Below the pieces are notes generated by a model. It had not been told where the DNA came from. It did no database searches and was given only the letters and a program-made list of their open reading frames with translations. 64,000 nt of DNA from Rebecca billardiae RCC1528. Its lineage: Eukaryota; Protista; Haptophyta. Of the stretch, positions 53,584 through 64,000 are shown in pieces; position 1 is the first letter of the stretch, and each line of letters begins with the position of its first letter. The DNA lies in assembly GCA_965240325.2 (NCBI GenBank), contig OZ251237.1, forward strand, positions 806,001-870,000, read 5' to 3'. The position numbers were made by a program, and so were the translations under genes.

Positions 53584-54506
53584 TTGTGTGGGCTGGCTTC
53601 GCGCATCCGGCAGGGCTTTACTGGTAAGTTACCACGCACCGCCCTTGCCACCCGGCTTTGGCGGGCGAACCCATACACCGTACTCTAGATCTACCCCGGC
53701 TAATTGTGCCCTAGCACCCTGACATGATTATACGTTAGGTGATGTGGTGAGAGAGGTATCTCGGTATTCATCGGCGGTTGTTGTTTCGTCGCATGTAACA
53801 AGTCTCGGCTCTCGAACCGTCTACTCGTTCCACGAACCACATACGCCGATGAAATCCGAGCGGAGCTTTTTCATGAGTTCAGACTCCGAGCGCCGAGGGC
53901 GTATTTGAGGGTGCGCCCTAATGAAGTGCAGTTTCTATGCGGCCTTAAAGAGGTCTACCGGGATTCCGAGAGGGTACCAACCAACCCTCAAAAACCCTCC
54001 AAAAGTACCTCTGTTGAAGCGCAACTAGTACTCGGGAGAGATTGCGATATACTCATACTCATAAAATCGCGTGTACATGTATCATATATATATATATATA
54101 TGATCACCCTATCATTTAACCATGCAGGTAGGACTCATACTCGCCAGTACATACACTTCAGTACACTTCGGACCCTACAGTAGTCCCTACTTTCTGTTTC
54201 AAAGTTCGTCGCAAAATAGCGTCGCAATATTTTTAGCAAGTATAGTCATTATCATCGGCTGGTCATCAACGCTCGCCCGCGCAGCATATGATTATCAAGG
54301 TCATTAGGGCGTATCCGCCTGATTACCTGGGTGCTCCGCGCAGCTCCACGCTGGCACCGTCAATAGACAATAAGTAATCCACGATCAGGTCACCGCGCTG
54401 TCCGCCCCGGCAGACCGCCCGCAGTCCGACTCGGCGGCCCGCCAGCGGCAGCTCGGCACCCCGGCACACCCGGCGCTCGGTCTCCTAATGAGATCTGGTG
54501 ACGCGA

Positions 54507-57500
54507 TCAGAGCGCGTCAGGGTCGATCTCGTGGAACGCCAGCGTCTCCTCGCCGATCCGGTGCGTGAGCCGCGTGAGCCGGCTGCGCCGGCTGTCGTTC
54601 TGCACGCACGTCTCGAGCGCGCGGTGCGAGCCGACGAGCACGAGCAGCTGCTTGGCGCGCGAGACGGCCGTGTAGAGCAGGTGGCGGTACAGCATGTTGC
54701 TGTGCTCCGAGAGCGCGGGCACCACGACCACGGGATACTCTGAGCCCTGCGCCTTGTGCACGGTGAGCGCGTACGCGAGCGAGATCCGCCGGTGCAGCTC
54801 CTTGAAGGTGTACAACACGGGCTCGCCGCTGCCGGCGTTGGGGAAGGCGACGCGGAAGGTGCGGCCGTGCTCGTCGACGTCGGCGATCGTGCCGACGTCG
54901 CCGTTGAAGATGTCCTTGTCGTACTCGTTGCGCAGCTGGATCATCCGGTCGCCCTTGAAGACGGGCGGGCGCGGCACGCCCTCGCGCGAGCAGCGCTCGA
55001 GCTGCTCGCGCGCGTTCGGGTTGAGTCGCAGCTGCAGCTTGCGGTTGAGCGCGACCGTGCCGGCGACGCCGAGCGTGGTGGGCGAGAGCACCTGCAGGTC
55101 CGCGTGCAGGTCGAAGCCCGCGCGCTCGACCCACGCCAGCACCGAGCTCGCGATCGTGTCGCTCGCCTCCGCCGCGTTCGAGGCGAGCACGAGCTTGCAC
55201 CCGACCGAGTCCTCGACCGGCGGCTGCTCGTCCGGCAGCAGGCAGTGCAGCCCCGCCATCGGCTCGCCGCGGTTCACGCGCTGCGCGTTGTACGCGATCG
55301 CGCCAGCCGAGTCGTACCGGAAGACCTGCGCGAGGCGCACGCGGTCCACCTTCTCGCAGTCGAGCACGTCGCGCAGCACCTGCCCCGCGCCGACCGACGG
55401 CAGCTGGTCGGCGTCGCCGACGAGCAGCAGCGTGCAATGCAGCGGAAGAGCGTCCAGCAGCCCGTTCGCGAGCGTGACGTCGAGCATGCTCGCCTCGTCG
55501 ACGACGACGACGTCGGCGGGGAGCTTCTCGGTGTAGTCGCGCGCGAACGCGTGCTGCAGCGGGTTGAACTCGAGGAGGCGGTGCACGGTCTGCGCCTTCA
55601 CGCCGGTGATCTCGGAGAGCACCGCCGCGCCGCGCGCCGTCGGGCACGCGAGCCGCACGCGCTTGCCCTGCTCGCACCACAGTCGCACGATGTGCTCGAG
55701 CGTGAGCGTCTTGCCCGTGCCGGGTCCGCCGGTGAGCACGAGCAGCCGCCGCCCGCTCGCCGCGAGCTCGATCGCGCGCTGCTGCTCGTCCGTGAGCCGC
55801 GCGCGCCGGCGCACGTCCTCCAGAGCGCCGCGCACGGCGCTGGGCTCGACGTACCCTCCGCCGCGCGTCGTGTTTGAGAGTAGGCCCTTGAGAGCGCGCG
55901 CCAGCTTCACCTCCGCCTCGTGGGAGCCGGGGAGGTAGAGGGCGGTGGAGCCGTCGAGGTCGGCGGCGGTGACCTTGCTCGCGTTGAGCGTGGACGGCGG
56001 GCGGAGCCGCGCCCGCGGCTGCTGCGCCGCGCCGGCCGCGTCGGCCGGCTCGAGCCGCTCCATCACGAGCGCCTCGGACGCCACCAGCCGCGCCAGCGCG
56101 TCCGCGACCGCGGGCGTGGCCGCGCCGCCGCTCGCAAACGCCGACGACGCGAGCGTGCGCTGCGCCTTCGCGATCAGCGTGGGCGCGTCGAGGTAGCAGT
56201 GCCCGCCGTCCGAGGCGGCGGCGGCGAGGTTGTGCTTGAGCGCGCCCTCCAGCCGGTACGTCGCGTCGGCCGTGTGCCCGAGCCGCAGCGCCGTGTGATC
56301 TGCACGCTGGAAGCCAAAGCCGGGCAGATCGTCGAGAAGTCGATATGGGTTCTCTCGCACGCGCTCGGCCGCGTCCGCGCCGTGCAGCTCCCACAGCTGG
56401 AGCGCGGCGGGCATGGAGATGCCGACCTCGCCGCAGAACGACACGATCTGCGCCGTCCCCGCCGCGTCGCGCACGCTCTGCGCGATCTTCTCGAACTTCT
56501 TGGGCCCGATGCCCGGCACCTGACGCAGACGCTCGATGGCGCCGCTGTCGCCGCGCGTCAGCCCGATCGCGTCGTCGCCGAGCTGCTCGATGATGCGCTT
56601 GGCGAAGACGGGCCCGACGCCCTTGATCGCGCGGCTGGTGAGGAACGCGAGCACGAACTCCCTCGGCTCGAGCTTCTCCTCCTTCAGCGCCATCGCGTCG
56701 AACTGCTCGCCAAACTTGGGGTGGCGCACCCAGTGTCCGCTCACGGTGAGCTGCTGGCCAACGGTTGCCATCGCGAGGCACTCGGCCGACTGCACGACCA
56801 CCGTCTTCGTGCGGCCCTTGCGCTTGCCCTGCATGCGGTCGCCGAGCGTGGGCGTGCGCGTGTCGCCGAGCAGCATGCGCAGCACCGTGAACCCGTCTCT
56901 GCCGCGGTGCACGATCTGCTTCACCGTGCCCCGCAGCGCTGTCGTCTCGGCCGGCCGCGCGGCCGCGGCGACGGGCACGCCGCCGCGCCGCGCCGTGGGC
57001 GAGACGGCGGGTGGCGCGGGCCGCGGGTGCAGCGCGCCCTGGGCGATCGCCGCGGCGCTGTCAGCCGCAGCGGCGCTCGCGCGAGCGGTCGCCGGCCGCG
57101 GCTGCGCCCATCCGCCCGCGACGTCCGCCGCGCCGCCGCGCGCGTGCGCGCGCTGGCCCGGGCCCTGCGCCGGCGCGTACGCGACGCGGCCCGGCGCGGC
57201 AAAGTCACGCCCGTACGCCGGCGGCTCCACAGCTGCGGCTTGGCGGACGACCTCGCCGACGGAGACGTCCATCTGCCAGCCGTACGACCGGTGCTGGCGC
57301 CACACCCCCACCAGCTTGAGCTCGTCGCCCTCGCGCACGCCGCTCAGCGAGCCCGTGCTGCTGAGGACGCGCACGCGACCGGCCGCCGAGCTCGCGTCGA
57401 GCTGGACGATGGTGAGAGGCCCGCTGCAGTACAAGACGCGTTCAACGCGACCGTTGAGCGCGTATGCGCCGCGCGCCAGCGGCGCGGCCGACGCCCTCTC

Positions 57501-57679
57501 GGGCGCGTGCACCGCCCGTTGTGCGCCCAGCGCGGCATCGCCGCCATGCGCAAAAGCGGCTGCCGACTGCAGGAGCTCGTCGCCGCTGCCCGCGGCTGGC
57601 GCGAAGGCCTGGCTCGCCGCGTGGAAGCGCGTGGCCGAAGGCACGTACATCGCGCCCGGCGTGCCCTGAGGGTGCGGCC

Positions 57680-57710
<31 letters not shown>

Positions 57711-57851
57711 TGGCTGCAGGGTAGACATGGCCGGCCGCCCGCTCTGCACGAGCGCGCGCGCGAGCCGCGAAGTGCACAGCTGCCTCGCCGCGGCTGGCAG
57801 CTGCGGGCGCCAGAGCGCGAGGACCATGAGCACCAGCAGCGAGGGTCGCAT
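54507..57851 (-). CDS. recD2: Bacterial-type RecD2 (SF1B) 5'-3' DNA helicase with N-terminal targeting leader
   Basis: OB-fold (GHWVRHPKFGEQF), HhH (IKGVGP, VPGIGPKK), ENPYRL..GFGFQRAD, Walker A GGPGTGKT, DEASM, GDADQLPSVGAG, FNGDVG and YALTVHKAQGSEY. Start MRPSLLVLMVLAL is inferred. Confidence 0.92.
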
Positions 57852-58162
57852 CGAGCGCGCTCTCAGGCGACCATCACTCGGCCGGGCTGGGCGCGCCCTC
57901 CTTGCCTTTCGAGTGGCCGCCTGCTCGGTCGGCTCGAGTCGACGGGTGGCGCTCGCCCGCGTGCCCGCGCAATCTGGCGAGATCTCGCTTGGAGGGCGCC
58001 CGGACCCAGTCGGGACCGGGCGGCCGCCCTGGCCAGTCCGGCTGCCAAACTTGGGGAGTTTGCCGCTCAGCGCGCGCTCGTTGGCCGTGTCAAGCTGCTC
58101 ACGGAGGCGGAGGGCGGAGGGCGGCAGCACGCAAGGACAGCGACACGCCGAACAAGGCCGCG

Positions 58163-61100
58163 ATGGACCTGCCGCTGTGGCAGCAGGATCCGTACTTGGA
58201 TTCGGAAGAGTTTGCGATCGAGTTCGCCGAGCTCGAGCGTCGCCAGCGCTTCCTCGACGGCGTCTCGCAAACCGTGCAGAGCCAGGCGGCCGATGGGGCG
58301 CGTCCGCTGGACCGTTCGACCTTCGGCTCGCCTGCGACGCCCGGCGCGCAGCTCGCGCCAGGGCGCTCGGCATTCGTGCGCAAGCCACCGCAGATGAACG
58401 GCAGCCTGCTCATATCTCGCGGGGGCGGGCCCAAGCCGATGTCAAGTTTTGACGACCCGCTCGAAGAAGTGGACGAAGACATGCCCAGCACGAGTGGCGG
58501 CGCGACGAAGGCGCGGCGCGACTTCGTCAGCCCAGTCGTGGCGCCGCCGGCGACGAATGGAACGCGTCACGCGCGCACGGAGCCCGAAGCTCGGCCCGAG
58601 CGGCGCACATCTGCGCCGTCGGCATGCTGCACGACTCCGCAAGCGCATGCGCCGGCTGCGTGGCCGCGCGCGACCCCTTCCTTCCTCCAGCCCCAAGCGC
58701 AACCCAGCCAGCCCGCGGCCGTGCCATCAGGCACTCGTGCCTTTGCGCGCCCGTCTTTCCTCGAGCCCCAAGTTCGGCCCAGCCAGCCCGCGGACGTGCC
58801 GTTGGCGAGTCGCGAGCTTGCGCGATCGACACCCGCTCCCGCAGCGCACGGCGCGCTGAGCTTCTTCTCGCAGGCTCCTGTCGCGTGGGGCTCGGACGCG
58901 GGCGCGCACGCTCTCGCGCCACCGGAGCGGCGCGCCGGAGCGGACACGTTCATGCCGCGCGCGAACGACTGGGGCGCGTGCACGTTTGACGACGACGAGG
59001 ACGGCGAGGGCGGCGACGAGGGCCTCCTACCAGAGTCTACGACCGACGAGGGCCGACGCGACGGCGCTCCGATGGAGATCGACCTGACTTTGGACGAGCC
59101 GCTTCACGAGCCCACGCCGCTGGCCCCACCGCCGGCCACGGGCACCGCGCCCGAGCTCCACGCGTTTCCTCCGCCGCAAGTGGCGCCGCTGCACCTGCCT
59201 CCGCCGCCGCCGCCGCCGCCTCGGCCCGTCGCGGCAGCCGCGCCGCGCTCTGGGCCGCAGGCCCCGCTCGCTGTCGCCATCGCCGACGGCGTCTACCTCC
59301 CGCGCCGCCTTGCAGACCGGCTGCGTCCCCACCAGCGCGAGGGCGTGACCTTCATGCACGGCGCGATCTCGCGGAGCGGCGATCCCGATGAGCGCGGCTG
59401 CATCCTCGCCGACGTGCCCGGCCTCGGCAAGTCCGTGCAGATCATCGGCACGATCATCGCATGCCGCGCGTGGCTGCGCAAGGCCGTGCTCGTCGTGCCC
59501 GTCGCGCTCGTCGACAACTGGCTCGCTGAGTTCAGCAAGTGGGCGCCCGACGTGCACCCGACGAAGCTCGCCGGCCGCAACGCCGGTCGTGTGCTCAGCG
59601 CCTTCACCCAGTACCACGGCCCCGACCTCCGCGTGCTCCTTGTCAACTACGAGAAGCTGCGCGGCCACGTGCAGCAGGCGCTCATGTCCGCGGGCGTCCA
59701 CCTCGTCGTGTGCGACGAGGCGCACCGGCTGAAGAACCCGCAGACGCTCGAGTTCAAGGCGGTGCGCGCGATCTCGCAGCGCGCTGCGCGGATCCTCGTA
59801 ACGGGCACGCCGGTGCAGAACAGCGCGCTCGAGTTCTACGCCATGGTCAACCTCACGCTGCCGGGCGCGCTCGGCACGCTCGGCCACTTCCGCCGGCTGT
59901 ACGAGGGGCCGATGGCGTCGGGCGACATGAGCGAGGAGGTGCTGGGCGCGCTCAGCAAGGAGACGGGCGCGTTCATGCTGCGGCGCAGCGAGGCGATGCT
60001 CCGCACGTGGCTGCCCGCGCGGCTCGAGCTCGTCGTGTTCTGCCGCCTCACCGAGCAGCAGCAGCGCACGTACTGCAGCGTCATCGCGCAGCACGCCGCC
60101 AATCGGCTGAAGGCCGCGCCCGCGAGCGTGCTCAAGCTCGTCGGCCGCCTACAGAAGGCGGCGATCCACCCGCAGCTCGTCAGCATCGACGGCGAGTCGG
60201 ACGCGCTCGCGGATGGCGGCGGCGCCGAGCTCGCCGACGATCGGGTCGGGCTCGCGCGCGGCGGCGCGCTCCCCGCCGAGATCGACCTGCAGCTCGGCTC
60301 GAAGCTGCGCTTCGTGCGCACGCTGCTGCGCGCCATCGCCACGCGCACGGACGAGAAGGTGCTCCTCGCCTCGAGCTCGGTGACCGCCCTCAACCTGGTC
60401 GCGCGCCTCGCCGACGAGGAGCGGTGGCCGACCGTGCGCATCGATGGGCAGGTCGACCAGTCCAAGCGCAAGGCCATCGTCGACACCTTCAACTACGAGT
60501 CGCGCTCGCGCGCGTTCCTCTTCCTCCTCTCGTCGCGCGCGGGCGGCACCGGGCACAACATCGTCGGCGCATCGCGTCTCGTCCTGCTCGACCCGGACTG
60601 GAATCCCGCGACCGACGCGCAGGTGTGCGGGCGCATCTGGCGCATCGGGCAAGAGCGGCCGGTTGTGATCTACCGGCTGATCGCCACGAGCACCATCGAC
60701 GAGCTCATCCTCCAGCGCCAGATTGCCAAGGGCGAGATCTCGGGCATGCTCGTCGAGAACAATGGCGGCCGGGTCGAGCGCGCGTGGTCGGAGGAGGAGC
60801 TCGCGTTCGCCGTCTCGTACGACCCGGCCAGCTGGTCCAAGATCTTCTCGGAGCGAGGTGCGCGACAGTGCCTGCGCTCGGGCGACCCCGTGCTCGACGG
60901 CGCACAGCCGGCGGAGATGTCGCACGTGCATGTCGTCGGCATCGACGGCGTGCTCGACCCGGCGGCGGCCGCCGAATCGCCAGCGGTGGTTCCCTCCGTG
61001 CCGGCGGTGGCGAAGGGCCGCACCAAGTCTCGGCCCATCACCATCGACGACGACTTTGACCCCGCCGCCTCGGACGACGAGGATGAAGGTGACTTTGCGC

Positions 61101-61249
61101 AGGCCGGCGACGAGCGTGGCGATCCTCGACAGCTCGATGCGCTTATTGGCGAAGCTCGTCATCTAGCTGATGATGGTGTTGCTATGGACGACAAGATCAT
61201 CATTGTTGACGACCACGTCAGCTGCGCGGCGGCGGTCGACTTGACCTGA
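58163..61249 (+). CDS. RAD54-like SNF2 family DNA-dependent ATPase
   Basis: LRPHQREGV, GCILADVPGLGKS, CDEAHRLKN, TGTPVQN and LLSSRAGGTGHNIVGASRLVLLDPDWNPATDAQVCGRIWRIGQ. Confidence 0.9.
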   Translation: MDLPLWQQDPYLDSEEFAIEFAELERRQRFLDGVSQTVQSQAADGARPLDRSTFGSPATPGAQLAPGRSAFVRKPPQMNGSLLISRGGGPKPMSSFDDPLEEVDEDMPSTSGGATKARRDFVSPVVAPPATNGTRHARTEPEARPERRTSAPSACCTTPQAHAPAAWPRATPSFLQPQAQPSQPAAVPSGTRAFARPSFLEPQVRPSQPADVPLASRELARSTPAPAAHGALSFFSQAPVAWGSDAGAHALAPPERRAGADTFMPRANDWGACTFDDDEDGEGGDEGLLPESTTDEGRRDGAPMEIDLTLDEPLHEPTPLAPPPATGTAPELHAFPPPQVAPLHLPPPPPPPPRPVAAAAPRSGPQAPLAVAIADGVYLPRRLADRLRPHQREGVTFMHGAISRSGDPDERGCILADVPGLGKSVQIIGTIIACRAWLRKAVLVVPVALVDNWLAEFSKWAPDVHPTKLAGRNAGRVLSAFTQYHGPDLRVLLVNYEKLRGHVQQALMSAGVHLVVCDEAHRLKNPQTLEFKAVRAISQRAARILVTGTPVQNSALEFYAMVNLTLPGALGTLGHFRRLYEGPMASGDMSEEVLGALSKETGAFMLRRSEAMLRTWLPARLELVVFCRLTEQQQRTYCSVIAQHAANRLKAAPASVLKLVGRLQKAAIHPQLVSIDGESDALADGGGAELADDRVGLARGGALPAEIDLQLGSKLRFVRTLLRAIATRTDEKVLLASSSVTALNLVARLADEERWPTVRIDGQVDQSKRKAIVDTFNYESRSRAFLFLLSSRAGGTGHNIVGASRLVLLDPDWNPATDAQVCGRIWRIGQERPVVIYRLIATSTIDELILQRQIAKGEISGMLVENNGGRVERAWSEEELAFAVSYDPASWSKIFSERGARQCLRSGDPVLDGAQPAEMSHVHVVGIDGVLDPAAAAESPAVVPSVPAVAKGRTKSRPITIDDDFDPAASDDEDEGDFAQAGDERGDPRQLDALIGEARHLADDGVAMDDKIIIVDDHVSCAAAVDLT

Positions 61250-61310
61250 TTGCCGATATGATGGCTGTGTGCGCGGCCCTGACGATGGCAGTCGGGTATA
61301 TACGGATGAG

Positions 61311-62485
61311 TCACTTCATCAATGCATCAGCAGCTGACGTCTTAGTATTATCCGCAGCTGGAGTCTGCGAGTTGCTCACCGTCACTGATGGGCAAACGTC
61401 GGTAGTTGGAGCAGCGGTCGTCACCTTGGCGAACTTGTCCTTCCGCCACTCGTGATCACCCTTGATCTCAGCGGCTGTCGCTGTGCGCACAGCATTCACG
61501 CGAGCAATCTCGTTTGCGCGCGCCTGCTGCGCCGCGGCGTGCGCTTGCTCATCGAGCGGCGCGAGCGTGGAGAGCATGCGCCGTGCGCTGCGGCACAAGC
61601 GCATGTGCCCAGCAAACACCCATACCTCTTCCATCTGCTCCACTGCCGTGTGCCAGCCCACCTTGAGAAGGAAGGACTGGACGCCGTTCACAGCAAGCAG
61701 CTGCTTGAACTTGGCATTGCTCCGTCTCAGCCGCCGGTACTTGGGCTCGTCGGGCGCATCCTCGATGTTGCGGTGCAAGCGCTCAAGCAGGCGCATTGCG
61801 CCAATGCTCGCCGTCGCATCGTGCCGCTCGCGGTCTCGGATCACCTCGAGGCTGCGGCGAACCTCGCGCGCGAGCTCGTCGCTCTCAGGCAGCGGATCGT
61901 CGAGGCTAGTCCTCTCGCTGCATTTGTGATCGCCCTTGATCTCAGCGGCTGTCACTGTGCGCACAGCGTTCACGCGGGCAATCTCGTTTGCCGCACCTGT
62001 TGCGCCGCGGCATGCGCTTGCTCATCGAGCGGCGCGAGCGTGGAGAGCATGCGCCGTGCGCTGCGGCACAAGCGCATGTCCCCAGCAAACACCCATACCT
62101 CTTCCATCTGCTTCACTGCCGTGTGCCAGCCCACCTTGAGAAGGAAGGACTGGACGCCGTTCACAGCAAGCAGCTGCTTGCTGAACTTGGCATTGCTCCG
62201 TCTCAGCCGCCGGTACTTGGGCTCGTCGGGCGCATCCTCGATGTTGCGGTGCATGCGCTCAAGCAGGCGCATTGCGCCAATGCTCGCCGTCGCATCGTGC
62301 CGCTCGCGGTCTCGGATCACCTCGAGGCTGCAGCGAACCTCGCGCACGAGCTCGTCGCTCTCAGGCAGCGGGTCGCCGAGGCCAGCAATCTCGAACAGCC
62401 TTGACGGCCGCCAAGGCGCCAAGCCGCCAACTGCCAAACGAGTGCACCGGAGCTCTCCACCTTTCCGGACCGGGCTGTGGGGCAC
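61311..62485 (-). pseudogene. Tandem double PUB-domain ORF split by a 1-nt frameshift near 61991
   Basis: Two near-identical PUB units (RNIEDAPDEPKYRRLRRSNAKF..SFLLKVGW). The upstream unit lacks one C relative to the 63099-63647 copy. Confidence 0.65.
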
Positions 62486-63098
62486 GCGTGAATGAACGGT
62501 GAATGTGAAGCACCGTGTTCAGTGTCCCGTGCTGATGCCGCCTGGCGGTGAGGCTCCCACACGTACGGCATGGTCCTGGCAGACCCCTGGCAGGCTTAGA
62601 AGCGGCAGAGCGCTGCCAGCGGTGGCGATCCCACGGACCATCATAATGAGTAGTCACTACTTCATCACATCATCAATTATGATACATCAGCAGCCCGGAT
62701 GTCTTTATAATAGGAGAGTAGTACTGGCGTGCTCTTGCGTCTGAGGTCATGGGTTCAAAACCAGTTTCCAGGTCTCTCTTCGGAGAGCGTGCGATGAAGG
62801 ATGGCGCGGCAACCTGCCACCGTGAGCCTTACGCACGTTAAAGCAAATAAACTGTAAAATATAAATTCCCCTTTATAATAACGAATATTATTCCGAGAAC
62901 GGGCTCCGGGTGATCAGGCTGGCGGCCGAAGCCTCCAGCCCTACCCTGGCCAGCCCCCAACCAACCACCACCCTCACCCAACCTCAAACCACTGACCGAG
63001 ACATGGTGTATCATCGACATGAGACCGCAGGTACTCCGGAGAGCGAGGCCGCCGAGCTGCGTCAGATCCGAGTGCTACCGACATTGCCCAATGATCTC

Positions 63099-63647
63099 TC
63101 ATTGGGCAATGTCGGTAGCAGCTGGAGCTGGAGCAGCGGCTGGAGCAGCGGTCGTCACCTTGGCAAACATGTCCTTCCGCCATTCGTGATCACCCTTGAT
63201 CTCAGCGACTGTCGCTGTGCGCACAGCATTCACGCGAGCAATCTCGTTTGCCCGCACCTGTTGCGCCGCGGCATGCGCTTGCTCATCGAGCGTTGCGAGC
63301 GTGGAGAGCATGCGCCGTGCGCTGCGGCACAAGCGCATGTCCCCAGCAAACACCCATACCTCTTCCATCTGCTCCACTGCCGTGTGCCAGCCCACCTTGA
63401 GAAGGAAGGACTGGACGCCGTTCACAGCAAGCAGCTGCTTGAACTTGGCATTGCTCCGTCTCAGCCGCCGGTACTTGGGCTCGTCGGGCGCATCCTCGAT
63501 GTTGCGGTGCAAGCGCTCAAGCAGGCGCATTGCACCAATGCTCGCCGTCGCATCGTGCCGCTCGCGGTCTCGGATCACCTCGAGGCTGCGGCGCACCTCG
63601 CGCACGAGCTCGTCGCTCTCAGGCAGCGGGTCGTCGAGGTCAGCCAT
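63099..63647 (-). CDS. PUB-domain (p97/CDC48-binding) protein
   Basis: LLERLHRNIEDAPDEPKYRRLRRSNAKFKQLLAVNGVQSFLLKVGW matches the PUB consensus. Intact ORF from MADLDDP. Confidence 0.8.
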   Translation of the reverse strand: MADLDDPLPESDELVREVRRSLEVIRDRERHDATASIGAMRLLERLHRNIEDAPDEPKYRRLRRSNAKFKQLLAVNGVQSFLLKVGWHTAVEQMEEVWVFAGDMRLCRSARRMLSTLATLDEQAHAAAQQVRANEIARVNAVRTATVAEIKGDHEWRKDMFAKVTTAAPAAAPAPAATDIAQ

Positions 63648-63692
63648 CCTGTGCTGATGCACACGCCACGCCGCCTAAAAAAATCGGTCAGC

Positions 63693-64000
63693 ATGGCAGA
63701 CCCAGACGCGCCAGTCGCGATCACACGGCATGACTTTCGCGCAGTCGTGCGCAAACGGCGCACGCAGCGCGGCGAGGCGGCCTCATCGGACGAGGTGCTC
63801 CCACCAGCACGCACCAAGGCGGGCATCGCCGCTGAGGCGCAGCAGGCATGGGACAGCATCCAATCCATGACGGCGTTTCTGCAGCAGCAGCTCGCGCCGG
63901 TGCGTCTGCGCGCGATGAGCGCAGCCGAATGCGAGGAGGTGGAGAGCGTCGCTGCCGAGTTCGCCGTCGTGTGCACGCAGCAGCTTGATGCGCTCAAGGC
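63693..64000 (+). CDS. Probable syntaxin-18/Ufe1/SYP81 N-terminus (3'-partial)
   Basis: Manual translation: MADPDAPVAITRHDFRAVV..AQQAWDSIQSMTAFL..MSAAECEEVESVAAEFAVVCTQQLDALK, resembling Syntaxin-18_N. Confidence 0.6.
   Translation, partial: MADPDAPVAITRHDFRAVVRKRRTQRGEAASSDEVLPPARTKAGIAAEAQQAWDSIQSMTAFLQQQLAPVRLRAMSAAECEEVESVAAEFAVVCTQQLDALK

Noticed and set aside
54290-54340. Possible TPP riboswitch-like words
   Set aside because: The core CTGAGA and P4/P5 arrangement is not found, and there is no thiamine gene nearby.
54507-57851. Bacterial contamination or prophage suggested by recD2
   Set aside because: It has the same GC and codon style as its neighbours, a eukaryotic-type leader and low-complexity inserts, and it is flanked by eukaryotic genes.

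Overview
This is a very GC-rich, compact eukaryotic nuclear region with short GC-rich GT-AG introns. Its style suggests a haptophyte alga, possibly Pavlovales (inference only). It holds about 23 protein-coding genes, mostly in tight head-to-head pairs. Recognisable genes are seipin, a GT2+GT4 glycosyltransferase, UBC2/RAD6, CCT6, an IQ+PH protein, PSMA6, a myosin with a C-terminal SAM domain, GST, ABHD11, DOP1, a bacterial-type RecD2 helicase facing a RAD54-like SNF2 ATPase, tandem PUB-domain copies and a partial syntaxin-18. The intergenic gaps, mostly the convergent ones, hold five non-autonomous transposons defined by their ends: two CACAG-TIR/2-bp-TSD CMC-EnSpm-like elements, two Helitron2/Helentron-like elements with asymmetric TIRs and hairpins (one carrying a nested CACAG element), and a 1-kb foldback element just upstream of CCT6. 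The most unusual protein architectures are an OPR/FASTK-like helical-repeat protein fused to an RsmC-like methyltransferase, a SAM domain fused to an Ntox43/IQM-like domain, a double-OB-fold RecD2 with a targeting leader, and myosin-IQ-SAM. Most long ORFs in the track are antisense or GC shadows. All family calls come from motif recognition by eye, not database searches.
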